Shown here in pieces: positions 1-12,602 of a stretch of 64,000 nucleotides of DNA. Origin of the DNA: the human T2T-CHM13v2.0 reference genome, Homo sapiens; the NCBI RefSeq assembly GCF_009914755.1, contig NC_060929.1, one strand, 5' to 3'. Both the position numbers and the translations under genes were made by a program. A model generated the notes under the pieces. The model saw nothing but the letters and a program-made list of their open reading frames with translations, was not told the origin of the DNA and ran no database searches. Numbering within the stretch: position 1 is the first letter of the stretch; every line of letters starts with the position of its first letter.

Positions 1-233
1 TCCTTGGTTAGAATCTTCACAACAAAACAAAAGACAAAACTATAAATCTCAGAGCAAAGCCATATTTTTTCTTTGAAAAAAAAACCAACAAAACAAAACT
101 GAGTAAGAGTCACATTATACACCAGTGTTCTATAAGAAAATTCCATAACCTAGAGAATTTAAAATTTAAAAAGTGATATTAATCAGACAATTTCCTAACA
201 GCTGCTGATTACAAAGACTATTAAAATACACAC

Positions 234-348
234 CAACTTCATTAAAATCTTCAAAGGTGATTTTCCCTGTGGCTTCTCTGTCATAATCTTTAAGAATCTT
301 CAGTACATCAGCTTTTTTTACATCAAACCCCAAGGCTCTCATTGCCAC
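234..348 (-). CDS. CETN3: Centrin-3 coding exon 3 (115 nt; VAMRALGFDVKKADVLKILKDYDREATGKITFEDFNEV, second EF-hand region); later exons lie left of the window
   Basis: Translation matches centrin-3; acceptor ...ccaaaag| at 349-350 and donor |gtgtgt at 233; phase 0 start follows exon 2 in frame. Confidence 0.97.
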
Positions 349-987
349 CTTTTGGATTAAAAAGGAAAAGCAAATTATAAAGCACTCTTTACAAAAGAAT
401 TTCTAATTATTAAGTTTTTACATCTTAAGAGATGACAACACATTAATAAAATATAACTTTTTTGCATGTTTTACCTCTTTAAAATAGCAGTGATAGTGTA
501 ATTGTTCTTCACTACTGAAATTAAGTATGCATAAGTTTTTTCATTTATAAATTGCATTTTTTATATGACAAAGTAACCAACAAGTGTTTACAGATTTTAC
601 TATATAAAATGCACTAACTTATTGCACAGATAATTTGATTGTTATTTGTTCTGAAGGGATTAACAATCAAAATGAGAAAAAGGCGTGGCATAAATATTAA
701 ACAGTTACATGATAGAAGAGATAAAACATTAAAACAAGAATTATCATCAGTCTTTCCATGATTAGTTACCAGGTAAATGATAGGGCTAAGGACCCTGAGT
801 TTAGAGAAAAAAGAGATTTTGTTACTAATAATAAGGAAGGAGACATATTACTGACTAGAGAAGTCTTATTTGGAAAGATTCAAACTGTTCCTTGAAGGAT
901 AGATGAAGAGGAGCAGTAGGGTATTTGGGAAGGATGACTGGTATTAAAAGAAACACTGAAACGAATAGGTTCGAAGGACAATGAACA

Positions 988-1038
988 GAGCAGTTTACCT
1001 CACCTGAATTAGAAAAGTTCAGGTGAGGTAAACTGCTC
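988..1038. repeat. Perfect 21-bp inverted repeat with 9-nt spacer
   Basis: GAGCAGTTTACCTCACCTGAA (988-1008) is the exact reverse complement of TTCAGGTGAGGTAAACTGCTC (1018-1038). Confidence 0.95.
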
Positions 1039-2248
1039 ACCTGAATTAGGAGGTGAATTCCACCTTAATTAGAAGAGTTCAGGAGGAAGAAAGCAGTTAG
1101 CAAATGAAAAAAGTAGTTGGTGGCAAAAGTGTAGAGAACATTCAGTAGAAAGCAAAGGAATCTGAACTTTAAGTAGTATACAATGAGGAGTTATGGTTTA
1201 TGAGCAATGAACAATTTATGAGCAATGGTGAAAGAATTTTTAAACTATCTAAATTCAGTGGTAGTGTACAAGGTGAACTAGTAAGAAATCATTTAGGAAG
1301 CTCCAGGTATGAAATAAGGTCCCAAACCAAGATAGTCAATGGTTACAAATGGAACAGACATTATAAAGGAAGATCAAATCTGGGTAACCAAAAAAAAAAA
1401 AAAAAAAAAAAAAACAGTGGGAAAAGAGAGCCAAAGAGGACTGCAAGATTGAGAAAGCTAGACTTAGCAGGCCTATTAACTGCTTTTATACATTCTATCC
1501 TGTCACTGCATAGTTCCTATCCCTACTTGGAATTCTAATGCTTAAAAATCCCTTACGAAATTACAAAAATTAAAACTACCAAATAAACACTTACATTCAC
1601 CTATCCATTAAGGCCATTAAAAATCTCAAAATACTATCTTTCCCACTGTGCTGAAAGTAAGTCCCATTCTACCCTAAACCCAAATCTCTCCTTATACCCT
1701 GACAAATAATAATTTACAAATCTCTCCCTACACTTTGACATTCTAGGTCTTAAAGCTGACATTTTTACCTATTAGCATGTGTCAACATCAAACAGCACTA
1801 AAGTTGTTTGCACCAGAGAAAGTGGATTGAGACTATGTTACTAACAAATCCAAATTATAAGATTAAAAGACAACACTCCCACAGTCTGAAAACAGTATGA
1901 GTCACCAAGAAACAAAAACAAAAACAAAAAACAGTGAAAAGAAGATGGTAAGAATAAATTCCAGTTTGAAATCCTTTAATTATGACAGTGAAAAATAAGC
2001 ACCTTCCCTGGGAATGTATTTTTACATTTAAAATACTATTCGTTTTCTCATGTGAAAAAGATTTTCTAAAAACTATGTTAGGAGTTCTCTTCAGTTTTAT
2101 TACAGCATCTAACTATGAATGCTTAAAATGCCTTCATAGTTCCAAAACCAATTTAGTTAAAATAATTATTTAGAAATGTAATGTAAAGCAACTGTAAAAA
2201 TGCAAATCATTTTAACACAGAAACAAATATTTTAAAGTATACCATTAC

Positions 2249-2384
2249 CTTTAATTCATGATAATCTATTGCTTCATCTTTGTCTGTATCAAATAGTTCA
2301 AAAGCATCTTTAATTTCTTGTTTCTGTTCCTCAGACAGTTCTCTTCTTTTTTTCCTCTTTGTTTTGTCCACTAGAAGCTCACTT
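2249..2384 (-). CDS. CETN3: Centrin-3 coding exon 2 (136 nt; (R)[47 protein letters not shown]-hand 1)
   Basis: Manual translation; polypyrimidine tract and tag| acceptor at 2385-2387; AAG|gtaatg donor at 2248; 17+136=153 nt keeps frame with exon 3. Too short for the ORF track. Confidence 0.97.
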
Positions 2385-4194
2385 CTATGAAATGGAAAGA
2401 AAAAGCCCTTAGTCCACTTTAATTCTCTTTACTAACAGAAATTAGCCAATAATTACCTTCTAAATTTCAAAAAAGAAAGTACTTTGGAGAAAGATAGGGA
2501 AACTTTCCCTTTATGAGTCAATGACCTGTTTATTCCATAGTCTAAATTGCTATAAATCTGAACTTCGCAAAACTAAAGAGTGTTACAGATTATTAAAAGA
2601 AATGAGGACCAAACTTTTCTTTTTCCCAGCTTTTTATTTATTCCCACTAATGTTACTGTGGAAGAAACAAGAACTGTGAATAAGCAACACTACTTTTATG
2701 TCTGAAACTCCAACCAACTCCAACCAAAAAAACAAAAACACGTTATCCTACAAGAATGTTAAAGAATTTAAAAAAAATCTCCAAATGAAACCAAAATTCA
2801 TAACTGACAATCACTATATATCGGTTTACTGTTGATAGTTCTGATAATTATGTTCATAAAATTACAAAAAAAAAGTGAATTAACTTATACAGTATTTTAG
2901 CACTGTTGGTTCAAAATGTTTTTAGATTACACGTTTTTAACAGTTTGGCAATTTATGTGTCATTTCCTCCATTGATATTAACAAACCATCGAAAATATTA
3001 ATGAGTCTAAACATATGACAAATATTAGATGCCAATATACAATGTTTGTGCTTCATTCTATATAAAAATGTGATGAGTCTTGTCTCATTTAACATGTAAA
3101 CCGGAGGTTAACTTCTCATAAACTCTGGAAACGCTTAAAGAAAAAAAGCAAAAATTATTTTAAAGCCAGAAATGTTTTCCTTAAGAGCTGCCCATCTAAA
3201 TGTGCTCCAAATTTTCAAATGGAGCCGCAACACTGGAATAACGAGTTTTGAAACACAATCCGGTAACACATTAACATGTCAAACCAGTTGACTGTACTTA
3301 AAACACCTATCTAGTTGCATTTGAAAGTCGTTTTGGTCTCTGAAAGCTCCAAAAAAAAAAAAAAAAAGCTAGGAAGTGACTAGTAGGTGCAGTATAACAA
3401 AGCTGAGGAAGATCTTCCTTTCATGAGACCTGACTTGACACAAACTTGGGTATTCCTGGGGTCAGTCTTTTCCTTCCTGAGACTTTTGGAGGCCAAGTCC
3501 AGAACCGACCCACCCCTGACCCCATCCAAGGGTACCATGATTATCCCTTAGCAGAACATGGAATATTTTCGGAGTGTCGTAAGTGTATGGATAGTTTTAC
3601 GGTACAACGTCTACATAGTGGGAGAGGGCAACAGAGGGTTAGAGGTTAGAACTGAAAGGTAAAAAAATGCAAGAAATTTAGGAAATCCAAGAGACAGACT
3701 GCCAATTAAAGTCACTAAAATGGGTCTCCAATTACACCGTAAAGCAGGGCCCTGGGAGAAGAGGAAAGAGTTTTTGTTATTTCCAAAATTTATAGGTGGG
3801 TGATTGCATTAGCAGCGGAGCAGCCGAGGTGGGGCCCTGACCAGGCACACGGATGAATGAAGGGATGTCCGCGACCTGATCTGAGAAACAAGAGTAGAAG
3901 CCTCGCGATATTTCATTCCCACCTCGCTCGCAACTAAGCCCAACCTTCTGGCAGTCCAAAGCCCTACGCGCTGACAGAAATAACCTCCTTAGCAGAAATG
4001 CACTGGTCTCGTTCCCTGCAGGGCATCAGAGCCCAGAGGGTGAGTGATCCGGGCAGGCTGCCCTAGGCTCCTTTCCCGCGTCCCAAACTACATCCCCTGC
4101 CTCGCCTCGGCCCCAAACGTCCTCCCTTCCACACACACCCTCCCTGGGCCCCGCTCCGGGGTGTGGAGAGCACTGCCGCCTCCTTATTACCGAC

Positions 4195-4211
4195 CTCAGA
4201 GCTAAACTCAT
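4195..4211 (-). CDS. CETN3: Centrin-3 coding exon 1 (ATG AGT TTA GCT CTG AG = MSLAL(R))
   Basis: ATG at 4211-4209 with A at -3; donor AG|gtcggt at 4194; matches the centrin-3 N-terminus. Confidence 0.95.
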
Positions 4212-4353
4212 TATCTCTTCGCACAGAGACGTTCCTCTCAAGAACGATTTTAACCCCCTACCCAAGGCAGCAAGACGCCCACAGCCGTTCAACAGACACG
4301 AACGACCTCAGCGGCCTCAGGGACCTCCCACAACATAGACACTTTTGAGCTGG

Positions 4354-4530
4354 ATTGGTTGAAATGTCGCTATGGTTCTGCCTATTAGGGGGCGGAAGCT
4401 TTACCAGTTCTATTTTCATTGGGTAGGTTTTACGTCAATCAAGGAAAAAAAAATTTTTTTTCTGTGCCCCGCCCACCTCCTAACGCCCCCCGCCCCCCCA
4501 ATCTAGGGCCGCTCTCGCCCTTCGGATTGG
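4354..4530. promoter_or_regulatory. TATA-less CETN3 proximal promoter with four CCAAT boxes, GC boxes, an ETS core, a CRE-like site and an X-box-like half site
   Basis: ATTGG at 4354, 4418 and 4526; CCAAT at 4498; GGGGGCGG 4388 overlapping CGGAAG 4393; TTACGTCA 4430; CCCCGCCC at ~4467 and ~4488; GTCGCTATGG 4366. Confidence 0.75.
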
Positions 4531-4764
4531 CTCGATGCGTTTTTCCCCGAATCCTTTGCGGGTCCGGCCTCCGATCCCTGTGTGGCTGTTTGGCGGGTGG
4601 GCGCTGTGTTCCTCTCTCGTAAAGCCGTGCGGTCTGTGGGCCGCCATTCAGAAACTGGATGGACAGCTTCGGCGGTGGGAAGGGAAGGGACATGCTGCAG
4701 GCCACCCTCCGGCTAGAAGGAGGGAGTACTTGAGGAACAAGGTCTGCGAAAATTGGCTGTGCTC

Positions 4765-4908
4765 TGTTCTAAAACTTGGAATGGCCTCAGTACCTGGGGA
4801 ATGTGTTTAAAATGCAGACTTAAATGTCCGTTTCTCCATTCTAATTTCAGTAGGTATGAATCTGCGTTTTTACTCCTCACAAGCCTTCCAAGTGATTCTG
4901 AGGCAGGT
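4765..4908. mobile_element. MER5A-like hAT-Charlie MITE
   Basis: ...cctgggga...ttaaaatgcagact...tcagtagg...gaatctgcgttttta...caag...gtgattctga resembles MER5A. Confidence 0.55.
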
Positions 4909-7238
4909 GCTGTGGCTGTACTTGGATTATCACAGGGTTAGATTATCAGGCTATTTATGATTTAGCTGTATCTAAACCACCTTTCCCTCTCTTTCCTCCT
5001 TTGAACTGTTTGAAACGGATTTGTTCCCTTCTGTCTCTTATTTTTCAGTGCTGTAAGCTGTTAACACACATGAGACTGTCTTCACTACCAAACCAAGTCT
5101 CCTAAAGCTCACTTGAATGTCTGCTTATTCGTGTCTCTTACTAGGTTCAATTTCTTGGAGGCCGTGATTATATCTATTTAACGCTTTTCCTTGTACCTAA
5201 TAAAATGTCTGGTGCGTAGGTGCTCGGTAAATTGAGTGGAATCTTTTGAAAATCCACAAAATACTGAGCTAAACAGCAAATCTCATAAACGTGAATAAAA
5301 TAGCCTGAGGATGGGAGTTGAAGGCGGAGAATATATAAACATTATATGTTTAAGGGATGTATATAAAATTTTAGAGAAGGGAGAGAACACAAGATATGCT
5401 TCTTAAAGGAGGTGACATAAACGTTAGACCTAGAAGGATGGGCTAAATTTGCACAAGGAAAGATAGTATGATAGAATAAGCTAAAAATTAGCTAAGGGAT
5501 AGCACCCCTAAAAAACAAAAGTGGAACTTTTATTTTGTTCGTATTTTAAATTTTAAAGTACCTTTATAAATCACCTTTGAGTCTAAAAGGAAAGAGAAAT
5601 TGTAGTTACTAGAACATAATGATATTGAAAAAAACTATATGTTAAAATTTTAAGATACAGACCAAGTTATAGGAGAACATTATTTTAAATAAGAAAGAAT
5701 AAAAATAGGCCAAGCATTTATTTGAAGATGTTAGAAACGAAGAACAAATTGTATAATTGAAATTAGGAAGAGGAAATTAGTAAAGATAAAGTTTGAGAAC
5801 AGTGTTTTAAAAGGAAATTGGTAAAATTGATAAAGTACTCATAATCTAGTATAAAGCTGGTTTTTGGCAATACCAGTGAAATTCAAAGACTTATAGGAAG
5901 TGTAACAAGAAAAGGAATAGTGCCACTAGTAAGGTTGGTAATTTAATAAAAGGGAGGTTTAAAAATTATTAAAATATTTTATACAATTTTATACCGCCAA
6001 TAAATATTAATAGAAAATGAAATAGTCACTTTTCAAGGAAAACATAACTCAAAAAAGGTGGAAAACTGAATTAAGTCAATAACTACAGACAGGACTGGAA
6101 CAAAGATGCCAAAGTTCTGTACTCACAAATAAAAAGCCTCCAGCCCACTCAGATTTATGATTAAAAATCATAAGAGCTAAATCTTGTGCTTTAAACTCAA
6201 GTCATAGAAAATGATGGAGAGCTTCTTAGCTTAATTTTTGAAGCTGCCATAATCTTTCACATCCTAAAAGAACATTTAAAGTCACTCAGTGTAAGCTCAG
6301 TGATGATGAAGGCTATGCATGTTTCTCACCATTGTATCCCCAGTGCCTGACTCATGTTTGATGTTCATTTGTGAACTTAAGTGCAAAATTCCTAGATGTT
6401 AGCAAAGTCAGTTTGATACTGTCTTAAAGGAACATTTCTCTATAACTAAATTGAGTTTTTTTTTGTTAAGTGCAAAGATAATTCAAAATATAAATCTGTG
6501 TTAAATAATTATAATGTTAGGTTAAGGAAATCATCTCAGTGTCAAAAAGGCACTGAATAATAGGTAACACCTTTTCTATTAGGATATAAAGTGGGTTTAG
6601 AAAATACTTTTTTAAATATGATCGGCAGAATACTTAAACACCAGTGTTTCTCAAACCTCATTCCTGAAACACTAGGATTTTGTGAGATGCTTTTGGTCTC
6701 AGAGTGCGTTTTATAAGCAAATAATTTGGGCAAACAGATTTTAAAAGGTTTTCAATAGGGTGTCCTTTTAAGAGAGTGACAGGGAATTTACACGCATCAC
6801 TTTTATTATATTTAATTAGTGAGAACTAGTGACAACCACTTCTTGCTTCACGGGAGGTTGAGGCAAGAAATCTCTAGATGGAAAACTGCTCTGCTGAAAC
6901 TTGGGGTCTAATCATCTATTACTAAAGATAAGACAGGTGGTTACACTAATTATATTTTAAACCTAAATTTGATGCAATCAAAATTCTCATATTTTTCTTG
7001 AATTGAACAAAGGTATTCCAAAGACCATCTCAACAACAATTCTATAAAAATAACTTACTAAACTGTGAAAAAGAATAATAATACAAAAATTGCTGTATGG
7101 GACACTAAAATGTATTTGGTACAATGGTAATCAGACCAGAAATTCCAGAGACAGCCAAATGTAAATAAAAATGTCTGCTTTGAAAAGGTAGTGACATAAA
7201 TATTTGTTTAGTCTGCCTCCTAAAGCCTTAATAAATCA

Positions 7239-7501
7239 AGAGTTCCTCTATCACCCACGCTGGAGTGCAGTGGCATAACTCACTGTAACCTCAAACTCCT
7301 GGGCTCAAAGGATCCTCCCGCCTCAGCTCCTGAAAAGTTAGGACTACAGAAGCATGCCACCATGCTCAGCTAATTTTTTTTAAATTTTACACTGTGTTGC
7401 TGTGTTGCCCAGGCTGGTCTAGAACTCCTGGTCTCAAGTGACCCTCCAGCCTCAGGCTCCCAGAGTGTTGAGATTACAGGAATTAGCTCCCATGCCTAGC
7501 C
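7239..7501 (-). mobile_element. AluJ-like SINE
   Basis: Diverged antisense Alu dimer (ctggagtgcagtgg...catgcctagcc). Confidence 0.85.
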
Positions 7502-7864
7502 AATAAATTAATTTCTAAAGCTGAAGTGACCTGGAGAGGGACCATCAGCAGACTAGGTATTTAAAAAATTATTGGAAAGATCAAAAGAAATATGGAAACT
7601 TGTTGACAAATGAAACAGATCACTGAAGTGGCATCCTATAATTTTCCAGAGATGACTTATGTTTCACAGAGAGTTGATCTACCTAGCAAAGTCCCAGAGA
7701 GACTCCAGGAATAGAGTTCCCTTGTACAGTAGAAGGTGGAAATGAGAAGGGGGCTAAAAACAAAATGTCAATTTAAAACCTCTTTAGGAAACCACTGTAC
7801 TTCAGTTCCTCCAGATTCCTCTCCCCAGTGTTTTGTCTCTTTACATCTATCTAGAACTCCACTC

Positions 7865-8045
7865 TTTTTTTTTTCCTTTTTTTAGAGACGGGGGTTCTCT
7901 CTGTTGCCCAGGCTGGAGGGCAATGACATGGCCTTAGATCATAGCTCACTGCAACCTCAACCTCCTGGGCTCAAGCAACCTCCCACCTTGCGCCTTGGCC
8001 TCCTGAAGTGCTGGGATTACAAACGTGAGCTACGGCACGTGGCCT
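7865..8045 (-). mobile_element. Alu (AluJ-like) with internal deletion
   Basis: Poly-T, right-arm start fused to left-arm end (...gctgggattacaaacgtgagc). Confidence 0.8.
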
Positions 8046-8059
8046 GAGTCTTTAAAATG

Positions 8060-8880
8060 AATGAAGAATGAAAAACCATCAGAGATATGAAAATCAACAG
8101 CATGAAAGATAAAACTAAAAACCATTTCAGGAAGACTCTGAGTCAGCTAAGGAACCAAAATAAAATAATAAGAAATTAATAATAATAAGCTGCCTAAGAA
8201 GTACTCAAGAAAATATTAGAGAACAGAATACTCTGAAAAAGGAGCATTGGAGAATAAGAAAAGACTGTTGAAAATAAACATGAATGTAAAAATTAAACTG
8301 GCAAGATGATTTAATTGAAAAAATATCACAAAACTTGCAGTATTCAAACAAAAACATGGAGAATTTTGAGAAAAAAATGGAGGACTAATTCATTATTTGA
8401 CTAATAAGAATTTCTGAAAGAGAGAACAAGAGGAGGAGGAGAAAAATATCACACATTGAAAAGATACTTCGAGGAACTGAAGATAAATACAGGTCTCCAA
8501 ATTGATAGAACACATTTAGTACTGAGCAAAATAATAGTAAAAGAACCACACCTAGACACATAAAGAAGCCATTTCAGAGCATCAAAAATAAAGAAAAAGG
8601 CCTAAAAGCTTCCAGTCACAAGAATCTGACCTTTTATAAAAGAATTTAAGAATTGAGCTAGTATCAGATTTCTCATCAGAAACTTTAGATACCGAAAGAT
8701 AATACCTTCAAAATTGTAAGTGAAAATTATTTTGAACTTAGAATTCTATTTCCTGTCAGAACAAAACTCAATTATGAGTACATAATAAAGATTTCAGAAA
8801 GTTCAATTATCATATACTCTTTCTGAAATATGTACTCCAGAAAAGTAAGAATGAAATCCAAAAATAAGATAGATGTAAAA
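8060..8880 (+). mobile_element. Ancient L1M ORF1-region remnant
   Basis: A-rich; acacctagacacat...cctaaaagcttccag...cagatttctcatcagaaac...ttagaattctatt resemble L1 ORF1. Confidence 0.6.
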
Positions 8881-8888
8881 TACAAGAG

Positions 8889-9833
<945 letters not shown>

Positions 9834-10137
9834 CCTCTTAAGAGGTGAAAGAGAAAAGAGGGAGATACAAGAGGCTTAGAAAGCAACTGGTCTAAGATAA
9901 ATTGATAGACAACTAGGGGAATGTTTTCAAGAAAAAATTGAATGAGTTCCAAGCAGTAGATAGAAATGGATAAAGAGAACATGAACATACTCAGTGACAT
10001 GGTGAAGAAAGTATTTATTTATTATTTACTCTAAAGGAAAAAAAGAAGGTAATTAGAAAGTCTTTGAAAAAAACTAAAATTTAATTGGAAAATTATGGCT
10101 TAAAAATGATGTAAACTAAAATAATCCATTATCAAGC

Positions 10138-10558
10138 TGCAGTGAACATTATGAAGTACCACCTACCATTCTCTTTTCAGAACCAAGGAACTTATATCCC
10201 CAGTTTCCATGAGTTTTGACTGCTAAAAACTCACAATTTAGTTCCCCCCAGGAAATTGCCCTCCACCAAAGGTATGTGCCTTGCAAAAGATTACACAACT
10301 TCCCTGGGGACAGAACACATCCAAAGACTGATTAGTGTGGAAGAAAAAAGGTTGGGCTCCTTGCCTCAATTCAAGGGAACTCTGAAGGTCTTCTCCAACT
10401 TCATAGTTCCCCATCTAGTTGGCTGAGGCGTCTGTTTTGACTGCACCATGGTTTAACTTCTCTCTATGCCCAATTCAGCTTCAGTCAGCTCCTTGTTTCT
10501 GAGAGGCTGGAAATCTCTTATCTCCTAATCTGTTTCCTAGAGAACTCACCCTAAGACA
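10138..10558 (+). mobile_element. ERVL-class LTR (LTR16-like)
   Basis: Ends ...tctgtttcctagagaactcaccctaagaca; internal ccttgcctcaattcaagggaactctgaagg motif. Confidence 0.6.
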
Positions 10559-10852
10559 CACCGTAAGAACAAGAACAAGACAAATATATTAGATCGCCAC
10601 AAATACAGTTAGGCAGCTTAGCCTTAGAAACACAAATTTTAAAAGTGAAGTAAAAAACATGTTTAAAGAAAATGAGTGAACTTACTAGAAAAGAAGATGA
10701 AATATTTAAAAGACCACAGATGTTTAAAGCAGCTTTATTTATAATGGCCCAAACTGGGAAGAAACCAAGATGTCTTCAGTGGATTACAGGATAAACTATG
10801 GTACATCCACACAATAGACTATTACTCACCTCTAGAAAGAAAAAAAAAACAG

Positions 10853-11500
<648 letters not shown>

Positions 11501-11872
11501 AACTCAGTAAAAAGAAAAAAGCTATCAAGCCATGAAATAACATGAAGGAAACTTACATGCATATTACTAAGTAAAAGAAGGCAAATCTGAAAGGCTACAT
11601 ACTGTATGATTCCAACAATGTGACATTTTGGAAAAGATAAAAACTACGGAGGCAGCAAAAAGATCAGTGGCCATCAGGGATCAGGCAGAGGAGGCATGAA
11701 TAGGCAGAGCACAGAGGATGTTTAGGGCAGTGAACACTATTCTATATGATCCTATAATAATGGACAGATTTAATGATATATTTGTTAATACCCATGGAAT
11801 GTACAACACCAAAAGTGAATCTTAATGTGAGCTCTTTACTTCAGATGATAATAATGTGATAACACATCAATG

Positions 11873-12602
11873 TGTTACTGGCAGGTCTTTGTTCTTAAGA
11901 GTTCCCAAGATGGTGGCGGGCCACTCCCAAGATGGTGGCAAGCCTTTTGCTCTCTGACCTGGAGTTCTTGGCCTCACAGATTCCAAGGAATGGAACCTTG
12001 GGCCATGCAGTGAGTGTAATAGCTCTATTAGAAGCTGTGGGTCATGGAAGAGAACTGTGGAACCCAGCGACTAGTGTTCAGCTTGATTAGGACGAACCTG
12101 GGCACTTAGCTGCACAGGAACAATGGTGAGCCTTTAGCCCCATCAGGAGTGGCAATGGGTGCCTCACTGGATCAGAAGTGCAGTGGACACCCTGCTGGAT
12201 CTGGAGGGTGGAAGTCAGCAGCAGTGTCTGCAATGACAGCGATCAGCAGTGGTGGACAGTGAGCGAAAGCTCAGCTCGAGCCAGAACAAACAGGGACCAG
12301 AAGAGTGTGCAGTTGCAAGATTTAATAGAGTGAAAACAGAGCTCCCATACAACAGGAGGGCACCCAAAGGGAGTTGCCACTGCTGGCTGGAACGCCTGGG
12401 TTTTTATCCTGATCATTGTCCCTCCCCCTGTGCTCTCAGGTGATAGATGATTGACTATTTCTTTACCTCCTGCTTTTAGCCTAATTGGTATTTTAGTGAG
12501 CTGAGTTACAAGCCCTGTGTTTAAAGGTAGGTGCAGTCACTTCCCCAGCTAGGCTTAGGAATTCTTAGTCAGCCTAGGAAATCCAACTAGTCCTGTCTCT
12601 CA
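11873..12602 (-). mobile_element. HERV-W family solo LTR (LTR17), 730 bp
   Basis: Minus strand starts TGAGAGACAGGACTAG.TGGATTTCCTAGG and ends ...CCAGTAACA as in LTR17; 4-bp TSD AATG at 11869-11872 and 12603-12606; ATTAAA signal at 12321-12326. Confidence 0.88.

Larger units (their letters stand above)
3800..4760. promoter_or_regulatory. CpG island spanning CETN3 exon 1 and promoter
   Basis: Sharp rise in GC and CpG density against the AT-rich flanks; boundaries approximate. Confidence 0.85.

Noticed and set aside
166-348. 60-aa ORF as a standalone gene
   Set aside because: It is CETN3 exon 3 plus read-through into the intron past the donor at 233; it starts at an internal GTG
1200-1538. 112-aa plus-strand ORF with poly-Lys
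   Set aside because: Intronic, antisense to CETN3; the Lys run is a genomic poly-A tract; no recognisable domain
3901-3910. CCTCGCGATA as a TCTCGCGAGA (BANP/Kaiso) motif
   Set aside because: Two mismatches; expected by chance in a CpG island
4419-4941. Overlapping 60-90 aa ORFs at the promoter
   Set aside because: GC-rich DNA has few stop codons; mostly non-ATG starts and no recognisable protein similarity
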